Shown here piece by piece: positions 46,459-55,037 of a stretch of DNA of 64,000 nt (the first letter of the stretch is position 1; each line of letters opens with the position of its first letter). Origin of the DNA: Christensenellales bacterium (GTDB lineage: Bacteria > Bacillota > Clostridia > Christensenellales > CAG-138); NCBI GenBank assembly GCA_040767925.1, contig JAXGNN010000003.1:323267-387266 (forward strand). The letters run 5' to 3'. The notes beneath the pieces are model-generated. The model saw only the letters and a list, made by a program, of their open reading frames with translations. It was not told the DNA's origin and ran no database searches. A program made the position numbers and the translations under genes.

Positions 46459-46719
46459 AAAGCCGCGAAATAAAAGAAATTGAATATTTGAGCGCCATAC
46501 AAAATCCAATCCAGAGCCGTGAAGGGTCGAAGCCCTCAATACTCCCATATAAAATAAAACAGGGCTTCCGGAGTCGGCGATTGACCACGGAAGCCCTTAA
46601 TTCAAGCCTTTTTCAGCCTTTTTCGGCTGGAGAGGGCTTTTTTTTATTGTATCAAAATCTGCATTTACATAGACTCACTCTGCAGTAGTGGGGATTTTCT
46701 GCTCGAAATCTCGACATTC

Positions 46720-46834
46720 CCGTTTGCCGAGTGCACACCCTATGAACACCCCCAAGTTTCCGTTTGCCGAGTGCAAGGCGTAATCTACCTATATGCTTCG
46801 TAGACGGGGCTTTTTCTTTGCACTCTACAAACGG
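46720..46834. repeat. Three copies of the 16-mer CCGTTTGCCGAGTGCA (two direct, 40 bp apart; one inverted, 14/16)
   Basis: 46720-46735 and 46760-46775 are identical. 46819-46834 reads CCGTTTGTAGAGTGCA on the opposite strand. Confidence 0.7.
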
Positions 46835-46843
46835 CAGAAAACT

Positions 46844-46886
46844 AAAAAGCCGCCAGAAAGCCTTGCTACCAAGACCTTCTGACGGC
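46844..46886 (-). terminator. Terminator downstream of ssrA
   Basis: Minus strand: GCCGTCAGAAG-gtcttggtagcaagg-CTTTCTGGCGGC followed by TTTTT, about 55 nt after the tmRNA CCA end. Confidence 0.6.
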
Positions 46887-46939
46887 TACCGTGTGCAAAA
46901 TAAAAACGCCAGCATTGTATCAATACTGACGTTCTTATA

Positions 46940-47291
46940 TGGTGGAGCCGAGGGGAGTCGAACCCCTGTCCGAAAACCTGTCGACAAGACCTTCTACGAG
47001 CGTAGCTTATGTTTTAACATTCCCTCCGTCCGGCCCCCGTAAGCAGGGTCCGCACTTTAGTAGCTTCATAGATCCCACCCGCGGCAAAGCTTACGCGGGC
47101 TGGTTCCCCACATTGATGACGCCCGTATCCGACGGCGTGGGCACCGCCGGGCGGACGGTCACTGCTTAAGCAGCGACGGGTACGAAATTAGATTCGTCAG
47201 TTGGTTTTTAATTTCCCGCTTTTTACGAAGCGCGGGGCTTCGGCTCGCTTATCCGGCCTCCACGATCCCCGTCGAAACCATTTTCGGCCCC
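46940..47291 (-). ncRNA. ssrA: Transfer-messenger RNA (tmRNA, SsrA)
   Basis: 5' GGGGCCGAAAATGGTTTCGACGGGGATCG. 3' GGACAGGGGTTCGACTCCCCTCGGCTCCACCA. The acceptor stem GGGGCCG/CGGCUCC has a G3:U pair. The tag reading frame ends ...GAATCTAATTTCGTACCCGTCGCTGCTTAA (..ESNFVPVAA*). It lies directly downstream of smpB. Confidence 0.93.
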
Positions 47292-47339
47292 ATGGGCGGC
47301 GATCAAGCCGTTGTTGGTATTATACTATATTTTTTTAGC

Positions 47340-47804
47340 TTAGTCCATGTTCTTTAATTTCCTGTCCATGTCGCGCTTCGCGTCGCGCTCGGCGATGGAA
47401 TGCCGCTTGTCGTAAAGCTTTTTGCCTTTCGCGACGGCGAGCTCGAGCTTGACTTTTCCATCTTTTAAATACATCCGCGTCGGGATGAGGCTGTATCCGT
47501 CCGCCTGCGAGAGGGCCTGCAGCCTGCGTATCTCCGCCTTATGCAACAGGAGCTTCCTGTGGCGAAAAGGATCGCGGTTGAAGATGTTGCCTTGCTCGTA
47601 GGGGCTGATATGCATCCCGATCACGTACATTTCGCCGTTTTTTACGATCGCATAGCAATCCTTGAGGTTGACCTTGCCGGCGCGGATGGACTTGACCTCC
47701 GTGCCCGCGAGCGCGATGCCGCACTCGTAGGAATCCTCAATGAAGTATTCGTGGCGCGCCGCGCGGTTCTCTGCGAGCTGGCGCACGCCTTTTTTCACGG
47801 GCAA
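47340..47804 (-). CDS. smpB: SsrA-binding protein SmpB
   Basis: 154 aa with [40 protein letters not shown]... Confidence 0.93.
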   Translation of the reverse strand: MPVKKGVRQLAENRAARHEYFIEDSYECGIALAGTEVKSIRAGKVNLKDCYAIVKNGEMYVIGMHISPYEQGNIFNRDPFRHRKLLLHKAEIRRLQALSQADGYSLIPTRMYLKDGKVKLELAVAKGKKLYDKRHSIAERDAKRDMDRKLKNMD

Positions 47805-47842
47805 ACAATCTCCCCCTCTCCATCCGCGTGTCTATCATCATA

Positions 47843-50068
47843 CTACGATTTTTTTCCGCGGGCAACACGGCGTTTGGGCTCCTGCCTGCTCGAATGGCGA
47901 TCGCGTTCGCTCTTCGCCTTCTTCGGCGCCGGCTTCCCGGAAGGGTCCTGCGGCGGGTTCTGCGCCGCGCCGCCGTGCGTGCCGGACGCGAGCTCGAAAT
48001 CGATGGTCCCCGCGCCGACGTCCACGGCGATCACGCGCACGCGCACCTCGCCCCCGAGGCGGAAGGCGCGGCCCGTGCTGCGCCCCACGAAGCGGTAGCG
48101 TTTTTCATCGCAAAGGAAAAAGTCCCCCGTGAGGGAAGCCGCGCGCACCATTCCCTCCACCGTATTGCCCAAGCGTACGAAAAAACCGTACTGCGCCACC
48201 CCCGAGATGATCCCCTTCTCCACGGAGCCGATGCGGGAAGCCATGTATTCGCACTTCTTGAGGTCGTCGGCGGCGCGCTCCGCCTCCATCGCCGCAAGCT
48301 CCCGCTCCGAGCAGTGGCGAGCCATCTCCTCCATCGCCCCTTTGTACTTCGCGGTCTTCTCCTTGGTCATCTCCCCCGTGAGCAGCAGCTTCATCATCCT
48401 GTGGACGACGAGATCGGGATATCTTCTTATGGGCGAGGTGAAATGGCAGTAATACTCCGCGGCGAGGCCGTAATGGCCCAGGCAATCCGCCGCGTAGCGC
48501 GCCTTCCTCATGGAGCGCAGCATGACCCGCCCCACGAGCGCCTCGTCCTTGGTGCCCTTCGCCTTAAGAAGGATCTTCTGGAGCACGGCGGGCTTCGCGC
48601 CCGTGATGCTCTTGACCCCGAGGCCGAGCGTGTTGAGGAAGATGTTGAGCTCGTTGAGCTTATCCTTATCCGGCGTCTCGTGCACGCGGTACATCATGGG
48701 GATGTCCGCCGCCGCGGCATGCGCCGCCACGGTTTCGTTCGCCTCGAGCATGAACTGCTCGATCATCCTGTGGGAGACCCCGCGCACGGCGACCTTCACG
48801 TCCGCCGCGCGCCCGTTCTCGTCGAGCGTGATCTCGGCCTCGTCCAGGTCGAAGTCGAGGCTGCCGCGCCGGACGCGCTTGTCGTGCAGGATTTCCGCGA
48901 GCTCGCGCATGTCCCTCAGCATGGGCAGCACGTCCGCGTATTTTTCCGAGAGCGCCTCGTCCCCTTCCAGCAGAGCGTTGACGTCGTCATAGGTCATCCT
49001 GTGCGCGGTGCGGATGACGGTTTCGGCCATGCGGTGGGAAACCGCCCTTCCTTGCGTGTCGAGCCGCATGACGCACGAGAAGGTCAGCTTGTCCTCCCCT
49101 GCGTTGAGCGAGCACGCGCCGTTGGAGACTTCCTTGGGGAACATGGGCAGGACTCTGTCCGGGAAATACACGCTCGTGCCGCGGCGGTACGCCTCCTCGT
49201 CGAGCGCGGTGCCCTCCTCAATGTACGCGCCGACGTCCGCGATGTGCACGCCCAAAATATAGCCGTCGGGGAGCTTTGTGAGCGACACCGCGTCGTCGAG
49301 GTCCTTGGCGTCCGCGCCGTCTATGGTGACGATCAGCTTACTCCGAAGGTCCTCGCGCATGGCGAGCGCCTCCGCGCCGACGGGCTTGTTGAGCGCCTTG
49401 GCCTGCCGCGCAGCCTGCTTGGAAAAGACCTCCGGCAGCTCGAGCCTTCGGATGATGGAGAGGATATCCGCGCGCGCGTCGTCCCGCGCGCCGAGTATCT
49501 CCGTGATTTCGCCCTGCATGGGCCGCCTGCCGTCGGGATAGCGCATGATCTTCGCGACCACCCTGTCCCCGTGCTTCGCGCCGCCCGTCTGCCCCGGGGC
49601 GACGAGCATGTCGAAGCACACGCGCGTCTCATCCGGCACGACGTAGCCGCCGCCCGTCTCATCCGGCTCGAAGGAGCCGACGATCACCGCGAGCGATCGC
49701 ACCGCGATGAGGATCACCTCCCCCTCCTGCGTGCCGTTGCGGCTTGCGGTCTCCGCGGCGCGCGCCCAGACCATGTCGTTGTGCATGGCGCCGTGCATGG
49801 CGTCCGCGGGAATGAACATATCTCCCCTGCCGTCCTCCGGGATGAAGAAGCCGTATCCCCGGGCGCTCCCCTGGATGCGCCCGTAGATGAGCCCCGTCTG
49901 TTCGGGCAGGGCGAGCTTCTTCTTCCTCGTCAAAATCAGCCTGCCCTCGAGAAGGAGTTTCTCGATCGCCGAGGCAGCCTCGTCCTTTTCCGCGAAGCAC
50001 TCCATGAGCGCCTCCGGCGCCATGGGCGTCCCCTCCCGGAGCAGCGCTTCGATAATCCTTGTTTCCAC
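47843..50068 (-). CDS. rnr: Ribonuclease R
   Basis: 741 aa with a GTG start, an RNB catalytic core, a C-terminal S1 domain (GIISGVAQYGFFVRLGNTVEGMV) and a basic tail. Confidence 0.92.
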   Translation of the reverse strand: METRIIEALLREGTPMAPEALMECFAEKDEAASAIEKLLLEGRLILTRKKKLALPEQTGLIYGRIQGSARGYGFFIPEDGRGDMFIPADAMHGAMHNDMVWARAAETASRNGTQEGEVILIAVRSLAVIVGSFEPDETGGGYVVPDETRVCFDMLVAPGQTGGAKHGDRVVAKIMRYPDGRRPMQGEITEILGARDDARADILSIIRRLELPEVFSKQAARQAKALNKPVGAEALAMREDLRSKLIVTIDGADAKDLDDAVSLTKLPDGYILGVHIADVGAYIEEGTALDEEAYRRGTSVYFPDRVLPMFPKEVSNGACSLNAGEDKLTFSCVMRLDTQGRAVSHRMAETVIRTAHRMTYDDVNALLEGDEALSEKYADVLPMLRDMRELAEILHDKRVRRGSLDFDLDEAEITLDENGRAADVKVAVRGVSHRMIEQFMLEANETVAAHAAAADIPMMYRVHETPDKDKLNELNIFLNTLGLGVKSITGAKPAVLQKILLKAKGTKDEALVGRVMLRSMRKARYAADCLGHYGLAAEYYCHFTSPIRRYPDLVVHRMMKLLLTGEMTKEKTAKYKGAMEEMARHCSERELAAMEAERAADDLKKCEYMASRIGSVEKGIISGVAQYGFFVRLGNTVEGMVRAASLTGDFFLCDEKRYRFVGRSTGRAFRLGGEVRVRVIAVDVGAGTIDFELASGTHGGAAQNPPQDPSGKPAPKKAKSERDRHSSRQEPKRRVARGKKS

Positions 50069-50115
50069 GTTTTGCTTATTCCCTACCTTAATTAAAATCT
50101 CACGCCCTCACCGGG

Positions 50116-50147
50116 CAAACAAAAGGGGCGCGCCGTAAGCGCGCCCC
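50116..50147 (-). terminator. Terminator of secG
   Basis: Minus strand: GGGGCGCGC-ttacg-GCGCGCCCC followed by TTTTGTTTG. Confidence 0.7.
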
Positions 50148-50164
50148 TGCAAGCTGATCGCCAA

Positions 50165-50404
50165 TCAATAGAGGATCATCATCGCGATGCCCAGTATGCC
50201 TATGGCGATCGCGAGAATGACGGTCAACTTCTGAAGTTTGGCTTCCCTGCTGGCAGCCCTGCCGCGCGCCGAGAAGGGGGTCGAATCCCCTCCGAAAGCT
50301 CCGCCGAGGCCCGCGCTCTTCGTCTGCTGCATCAAAACCACGGTCACGAGCACCGCCGATGCAACGATGAGGACTATATTAACGATTATCCCGACAGTTT
50401 CCAT
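50165..50404 (-). CDS. secG: Preprotein translocase subunit SecG
   Basis: 79 aa with two TM helices and the central motif QQTKSAGLGGAFGG. Confidence 0.85.
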   Translation of the reverse strand: METVGIIVNIVLIVASAVLVTVVLMQQTKSAGLGGAFGGDSTPFSARGRAASREAKLQKLTVILAIAIGILGIAMMILY

Positions 50405-50521
50405 TATATATACCTCCTAAACGACTGCAAGCGGTATTATATCATGCTGCCAAATATTAAGCAAGCAGAAATATCGCCTGTTTTTTCGGCTTTTTCACGT
50501 AAAAAATCAACCCCAAAAAGC

Positions 50522-52060
50522 TCATTCGAGGAGCGTTTTACCGGTCATTTCCGCGGGCTGCTCCAGCCCCATCAGCTCGAGCAGCGTGGGCGCGATATCG
50601 GAAAGCCTGCCCCCGGAACGAAGGCGCGCGGCCTTCCTTTCAGGGTCGATGAGCACGAGCGGCACGGGGTTCGTCGTGTGCTCGGTGAAGGGGCCTCCCT
50701 CGTTGTCGTACATCCGCTCGCAGTTGCCGTGGTCCGCCGTGACGATCGCGCGCCCGCCCGCTTTGAGAATGGCGGACACGACTCTTCCTAGGCACGCGTC
50801 CACCGCGTGCACGGCCTTGACCGCCGCCTCCATCACGCCCGTGTGGCCCACCATGTCGGGGTTGGCGAAGTTGAGCACCATCATGTCGTACGCGCCGCTC
50901 CCGACGCGCCTCACCGCTTCCTCCGCTACTTCATACGCGCTCATCTCGGGCTTGAGATCGTAGGTCGCGACCTTGGGCGAGGGGATGAGCACGCGGTCCT
51001 CGCCGGGGTTGGGCGCCTCGACGCCGCCATTGAAGAAGAACGTCACGTGCGCGTATTTTTCGGTTTCCGCGATGCGAAGCTGCGTTTTGCCGTTTTGGGA
51101 GAGGTATTCCCCGAGCGTATTCTTAAGCGACTCCGGCTTGAAGGCGACGAGGAGCTTGCCCTCGAAGGCGGCGTCGTACTGCGTGATGGAAACATAGCGC
51201 AGCGGGAAGAAGCCTTTTTTGCGCTCGAAGCCCGCGAAGTCCTCGAAGATGTACGCGCGGGTCAGCTCCCGCGCCCGGTCGGAGCGGAAGTTGAAGAAGA
51301 TGACGCTGTCGTTCGGGGAGACGGTCCCCACGGGTTTTCCGTCCTTTTCGACGACCGCGGGCAGCACGAACTCGTCCGTCACCCCCGCGTCGTAGGAGGC
51401 CTGCATCGCCTCCTCCGGGTCTTCTGCGCGCACGCCCTCGCCATAGGTCAGCGCGGCGTACGCCTTCTCCACGCGCTCGTAGCGGTTGTCGCGGTCCATG
51501 GCGTAGTAGCGCCCCATGACGGTCGCGATCTCGCCGCAGCCGATTTCCCGAAGCTTCCCCTTGAGCGCGCGGATATAGCCCTTGCCGCTCTTTGGCGGCA
51601 CGTCGCGCCCGTCCATGAAGCAGTGAACATAGACCTTCCCAAGCCCCGCGTCCTTCGCGAGGCGGACGAGCGCGTACAGGTGCTCGGTGTGGCTGTGCAC
51701 GCCGCCGTCGCTCACAAGGCCCATCAGGTGCAGCGCGCTGTCGTGCGCTTTGCAGTTTGCGATCGCCGCGAGAAACTCCGGCGTCTGATAGAAATCCCCG
51801 TCCGCGATGGACTTCGTGATGCGCGTCAGTTCCTGATAGACCACCCGGCCCGCGCCGAGGTTGAGGTGTCCCACCTCGGAGTTGCCCATCTGCCCCTCGG
51901 GCAGCCCCACGGCGAGGCCGGAAGCCGATATCGTCGTGTGCGGATATTCGTTCCAGAGGGCGGCGAAGTTCCTCGCGCCGTCCGCGAGGATGGCGTTGCC
52001 TTCCTTCTCCTCCCGGCAGCCGAAGCCGTCGAGTATGATCAGCGCGGTCAGTTTCTTCAT
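50522..52060 (-). CDS. gpmI: 2,3-bisphosphoglycerate-independent phosphoglycerate mutase
   Basis: 512 aa with ILDGFG, GNSEVGHLNLGAGR and VTADHGN. Confidence 0.93.
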   Translation of the reverse strand: MKKLTALIILDGFGCREEKEGNAILADGARNFAALWNEYPHTTISASGLAVGLPEGQMGNSEVGHLNLGAGRVVYQELTRITKSIADGDFYQTPEFLAAIANCKAHDSALHLMGLVSDGGVHSHTEHLYALVRLAKDAGLGKVYVHCFMDGRDVPPKSGKGYIRALKGKLREIGCGEIATVMGRYYAMDRDNRYERVEKAYAALTYGEGVRAEDPEEAMQASYDAGVTDEFVLPAVVEKDGKPVGTVSPNDSVIFFNFRSDRARELTRAYIFEDFAGFERKKGFFPLRYVSITQYDAAFEGKLLVAFKPESLKNTLGEYLSQNGKTQLRIAETEKYAHVTFFFNGGVEAPNPGEDRVLIPSPKVATYDLKPEMSAYEVAEEAVRRVGSGAYDMMVLNFANPDMVGHTGVMEAAVKAVHAVDACLGRVVSAILKAGGRAIVTADHGNCERMYDNEGGPFTEHTTNPVPLVLIDPERKAARLRSGGRLSDIAPTLLELMGLEQPAEMTGKTLLE

Positions 52061-52836
52061 GTTGTGCCTTCCGCGCCGCGATTGTCGGCGTCATAGTTGA
52101 CGACTTGCGCGAAATCGGCGGCCTTGAGGCTCGCCCCGCCAATAAGCCCGCCGTCTATGTCGGGCATGGCCATCAATTCCGCGGCGTTTTTGGGGTTCAT
52201 GCTGCCGCCGTACTGGATGCGGATCGCATCCGCGGTCTTTTCGCCGAAAAGCGCTCTGACGACGCCGCGGATGAACGCGATAGTCTCCTCCGCCTGTTCG
52301 CTCGTCGCCGTGCGGCCGGTGCCGATCGCCCAGACGGGCTCGTAGGCGATGACGATCCTTCCCGCTTCCTCGGCGTTCATTCCCAAAAGGGCGGCCTCGG
52401 TCTGCGCGCCGACGACGGCCTCGGTCTCCCCCGCCTCGCGCTCCACGAGGCTCTCCCCCACGCAGACGATGGGCGTGATGCCCGCCGCGCGCGCAGCCCG
52501 CGCGCGCCTGTTGACGCCCTCGTCCGTCTCGCCGAAAAACTGCCTTCTCTCGCTGTGGCCGACGATGGCGTACTCCACGCCGAGCTCTTTGAGCATGGCG
52601 GCGCTGATCTCGCCCGTATACGCGCCCTTTTCCGCCCAGTGCACGTTCTGCGCGCCGAGACGGATCTCGCTCCCCGCGAGCGCCTCGCGCGCCGCGGGAA
52701 GATCGACAAAGGGCGGGCAGACGACGACTTCGCACGCCGCGTTATCGATTAAGGGCTTCAACTCCCCGATGAGCTTCGCGCACTCCGAGGGGGTCATGTT
52801 CATTTTCCAGTTGCCTGCGATGATGGGTTTGCGCAT
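52057..52836 (-). CDS. tpiA: Triose-phosphate isomerase
   Basis: IIAGNWKMN, VGHSERR and AYEPVWAIGTG. The second of two tandem ATGs (52836) has the better spacing to AAGGAG. Confidence 0.93.
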   Translation of the reverse strand: MRKPIIAGNWKMNMTPSECAKLIGELKPLIDNAACEVVVCPPFVDLPAAREALAGSEIRLGAQNVHWAEKGAYTGEISAAMLKELGVEYAIVGHSERRQFFGETDEGVNRRARAARAAGITPIVCVGESLVEREAGETEAVVGAQTEAALLGMNAEEAGRIVIAYEPVWAIGTGRTATSEQAEETIAFIRGVVRALFGEKTADAIRIQYGGSMNPKNAAELMAMPDIDGGLIGGASLKAADFAQVVNYDADNRGAEGTT

Positions 52837-52866
52837 CATTTTCTCCTTTTCTTTCCTTGCCGCCGC

Positions 52867-54054
52867 TTACTTGTCGTTGAGCGCCGCGACGCCCGGGAGC
52901 GCCTTGCCCTCGAGAAACTCGAGGCTCGCGCCGCCGCCGGTGGAGATGTGGGTGATCTGTTTAGCGAAGCCGAGCTTCTTCACCGCGGAGGCGGAGTCGC
53001 CGCCGCCCACGATGGTCGTCCCCGCGCACTCGGCGCAGGCCTTCGCGACCGCCGCGGTGCCCTTTGCGAATTCGGGGAACTCGAACACGCCCATCGGCCC
53101 GTTCCAGATAACGGTTTTCGCGTTCACGATTTCGTCGGCGTATTCTTTTGCCGCCCTCTCGCCGATGTCGAGCCCCATCCAGCCCGCGGGGATCGCCTCG
53201 GAGGGGACGGTCTGATGCGCGGCGTCGGCCGCGAACTTGTCGGCGGCGACCGTGTCCGCGGGAAGAAGGAGCTTCACGCCCTTCTCCTTCGCCCGCTCCA
53301 TCAGTTCCGAAGCGAGACCGACGCTTTCCTTGTCGAGCAGGGAGGAGCCGATCTCATACCCCATCGCCTTGAAGAAGGTGAACGCCATGCCGCCGCCGAT
53401 GAGCAGCGTGTCGCACTTCTCTAAAAGGTTCGTGATGACGCCGATCTTGTCGGAGACCTTCGCTCCGCCGAGTATGGCGACGAACGGGCGCGCGGGGTTC
53501 TCGAGCGCCTCGCCCATGACGGAAAGCTCCTTGCCGATGAGGAAGCCCGCCACCGCGGGGAGGTAGCCTGCAACGCCCGCCGTGGAGGCGTGCGCGCGGT
53601 GCACGGTGCCAAACGCGTCCGAAACGTAGATTTCCGCGAGGGAGGCGAGCGCTTTGGCGAACGCGGGATCGTTCTTCTCCTCCTCCTTATGGAAGCGGAG
53701 GTTCTCGAGAAGCAGGATCTCGCCCTCCTGAAGCTCGGCCGCGAGCTTTTCCGCCTCAGGGCCCACGCAGTCCGGCGCGAAGCGGATGTTCACATCGGGC
53801 AAAAGCTCCGCGAGGCGGCGCGCGACGGGCGCGAGCGAAAACTCCAATTTGCGCTCCCCGTCGGGCCGGCCCAGATGCGAGCAGAGGATGAGCTTCGCCC
53901 TGTGCTCGAGAAGGTACTTCACCGTGGGGAAGGAGGCCGTGATCCGCTTGTCGTCCGCGACCTCGTTTTGTTCGTTGAGCGGCACATTGTAATCCACGCG
54001 CAGCAGCACGCGCCTGCCTTCGACGCGGACGTCCTCCACCGTTTTCTTCGCCAT
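52867..54054 (-). CDS. pgk: Phosphoglycerate kinase
   Basis: 395 aa with RVDYNVP, SHLGRP and GGGDSASAV. Confidence 0.93.
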   Translation of the reverse strand: MAKKTVEDVRVEGRRVLLRVDYNVPLNEQNEVADDKRITASFPTVKYLLEHRAKLILCSHLGRPDGERKLEFSLAPVARRLAELLPDVNIRFAPDCVGPEAEKLAAELQEGEILLLENLRFHKEEEKNDPAFAKALASLAEIYVSDAFGTVHRAHASTAGVAGYLPAVAGFLIGKELSVMGEALENPARPFVAILGGAKVSDKIGVITNLLEKCDTLLIGGGMAFTFFKAMGYEIGSSLLDKESVGLASELMERAKEKGVKLLLPADTVAADKFAADAAHQTVPSEAIPAGWMGLDIGERAAKEYADEIVNAKTVIWNGPMGVFEFPEFAKGTAAVAKACAECAGTTIVGGGDSASAVKKLGFAKQITHISTGGGASLEFLEGKALPGVAALNDK

Positions 54055-54224
54055 TTCCGTTCCCTCCTATGTTAAAAATCATATCGTCGCGCGATTTCCG
54101 TTTTTTCCCGTTTTTCAGCCGTTATCATTTTAGCATATCCGCAGTATATTGCAAATTCGTTAAATTATGAGCTTCGCGCCGCGCTATTATGGACGGTTTC
54201 AGCCCGGCATGGTATAATTTTCGC

Positions 54225-54983
54225 ATGAAGAAAGTCTTGGCCGCAATCCTTTTATTATTCCTCCTGATCCCCACGCTGTGCGCCTGCCGCGACAGCGGCA
54301 CGGAGCCGACCGACGCCCTGGACATCATCGATTCCGCTCAGCCTGAGGAAACGGAAACGGCCGCCGCAGCCTACGGGCACAACGCGGGGGTGAAGATCAC
54401 GGCTTCCGCCGCCTATGTGTTCGACGGCGTCGCGGGCGCGACGCTCTACGGCGCGGTCGAATACGAAAACACGGGCAACTGCCCCATCTATATTTCAAAG
54501 GCGAATTTCACCTTCACGGCGGACGGCAATACGATCGAGCACGAGTACATCCCCGTGCTCGGCGAATACACGGTGGTGCTGCCGGGCGAAACCTCTTACG
54601 AGGCCGTATGGGTCACGGGCAAGAACGTTTCCGCGGGCGCCGCGGTCACGCTCGCCGCGTCGCTGACGGCCATCGAGGCCGCGCCGCCGAGGGTCTCCCT
54701 CAAGGCGGACAACCTCTATGCCGCGGACAACTACCCCGGCTTCTCGACGCTCTCGGGCAGGCTCTCCTGCGTTTCGGAAGCGGGCTGTTCGATGAACATC
54801 GTCTACGTCGGCTTCTACGACGAGGCGGGCGCCTTCCTCGGCGCGTGGTATTTTTCCAAAAACGCCGTGCTCGAAGCAGGCGAGGCGAAAAACTTCGTCG
54901 TCAACATGCAGGATTTCCCGCTTTCCGACCTTGGGGCGCGCGCGGCCTCCTTCAAGTCCGCGGCGTTCGGGTTCGATCTGTAA
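54225..54983 (+). CDS. Lipoprotein of unknown function
   Basis: MKKVLAAILLLFLLIPTLCAC lipobox. Start set to ATG 54225 within track ORF 54189..54983. Confidence 0.6.
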   Translation: MKKVLAAILLLFLLIPTLCACRDSGTEPTDALDIIDSAQPEETETAAAAYGHNAGVKITASAAYVFDGVAGATLYGAVEYENTGNCPIYISKANFTFTADGNTIEHEYIPVLGEYTVVLPGETSYEAVWVTGKNVSAGAAVTLAASLTAIEAAPPRVSLKADNLYAADNYPGFSTLSGRLSCVSEAGCSMNIVYVGFYDEAGAFLGAWYFSKNAVLEAGEAKNFVVNMQDFPLSDLGARAASFKSAAFGFDL

Positions 54984-55037
54984 ACGAGCGTAACGCCTGT
55001 CGGCATCACGCAATAAAGCACCGCAAAGGAACATACG

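Noticed and set aside
46440-46834. Whether the short repeats downstream of ssrA form a CRISPR array.
   Set aside because: There are only 2-3 copies of 8-16 nt, with irregular orientation and spacing, no repeat-spacer periodicity of 28-37 nt units, and no cas genes.
46764-47169. Track ORFs 46764..47042 and 46939..47169.
   Set aside because: They overlap the tmRNA gene and its terminator on the opposite strand. No motifs and no RBS.
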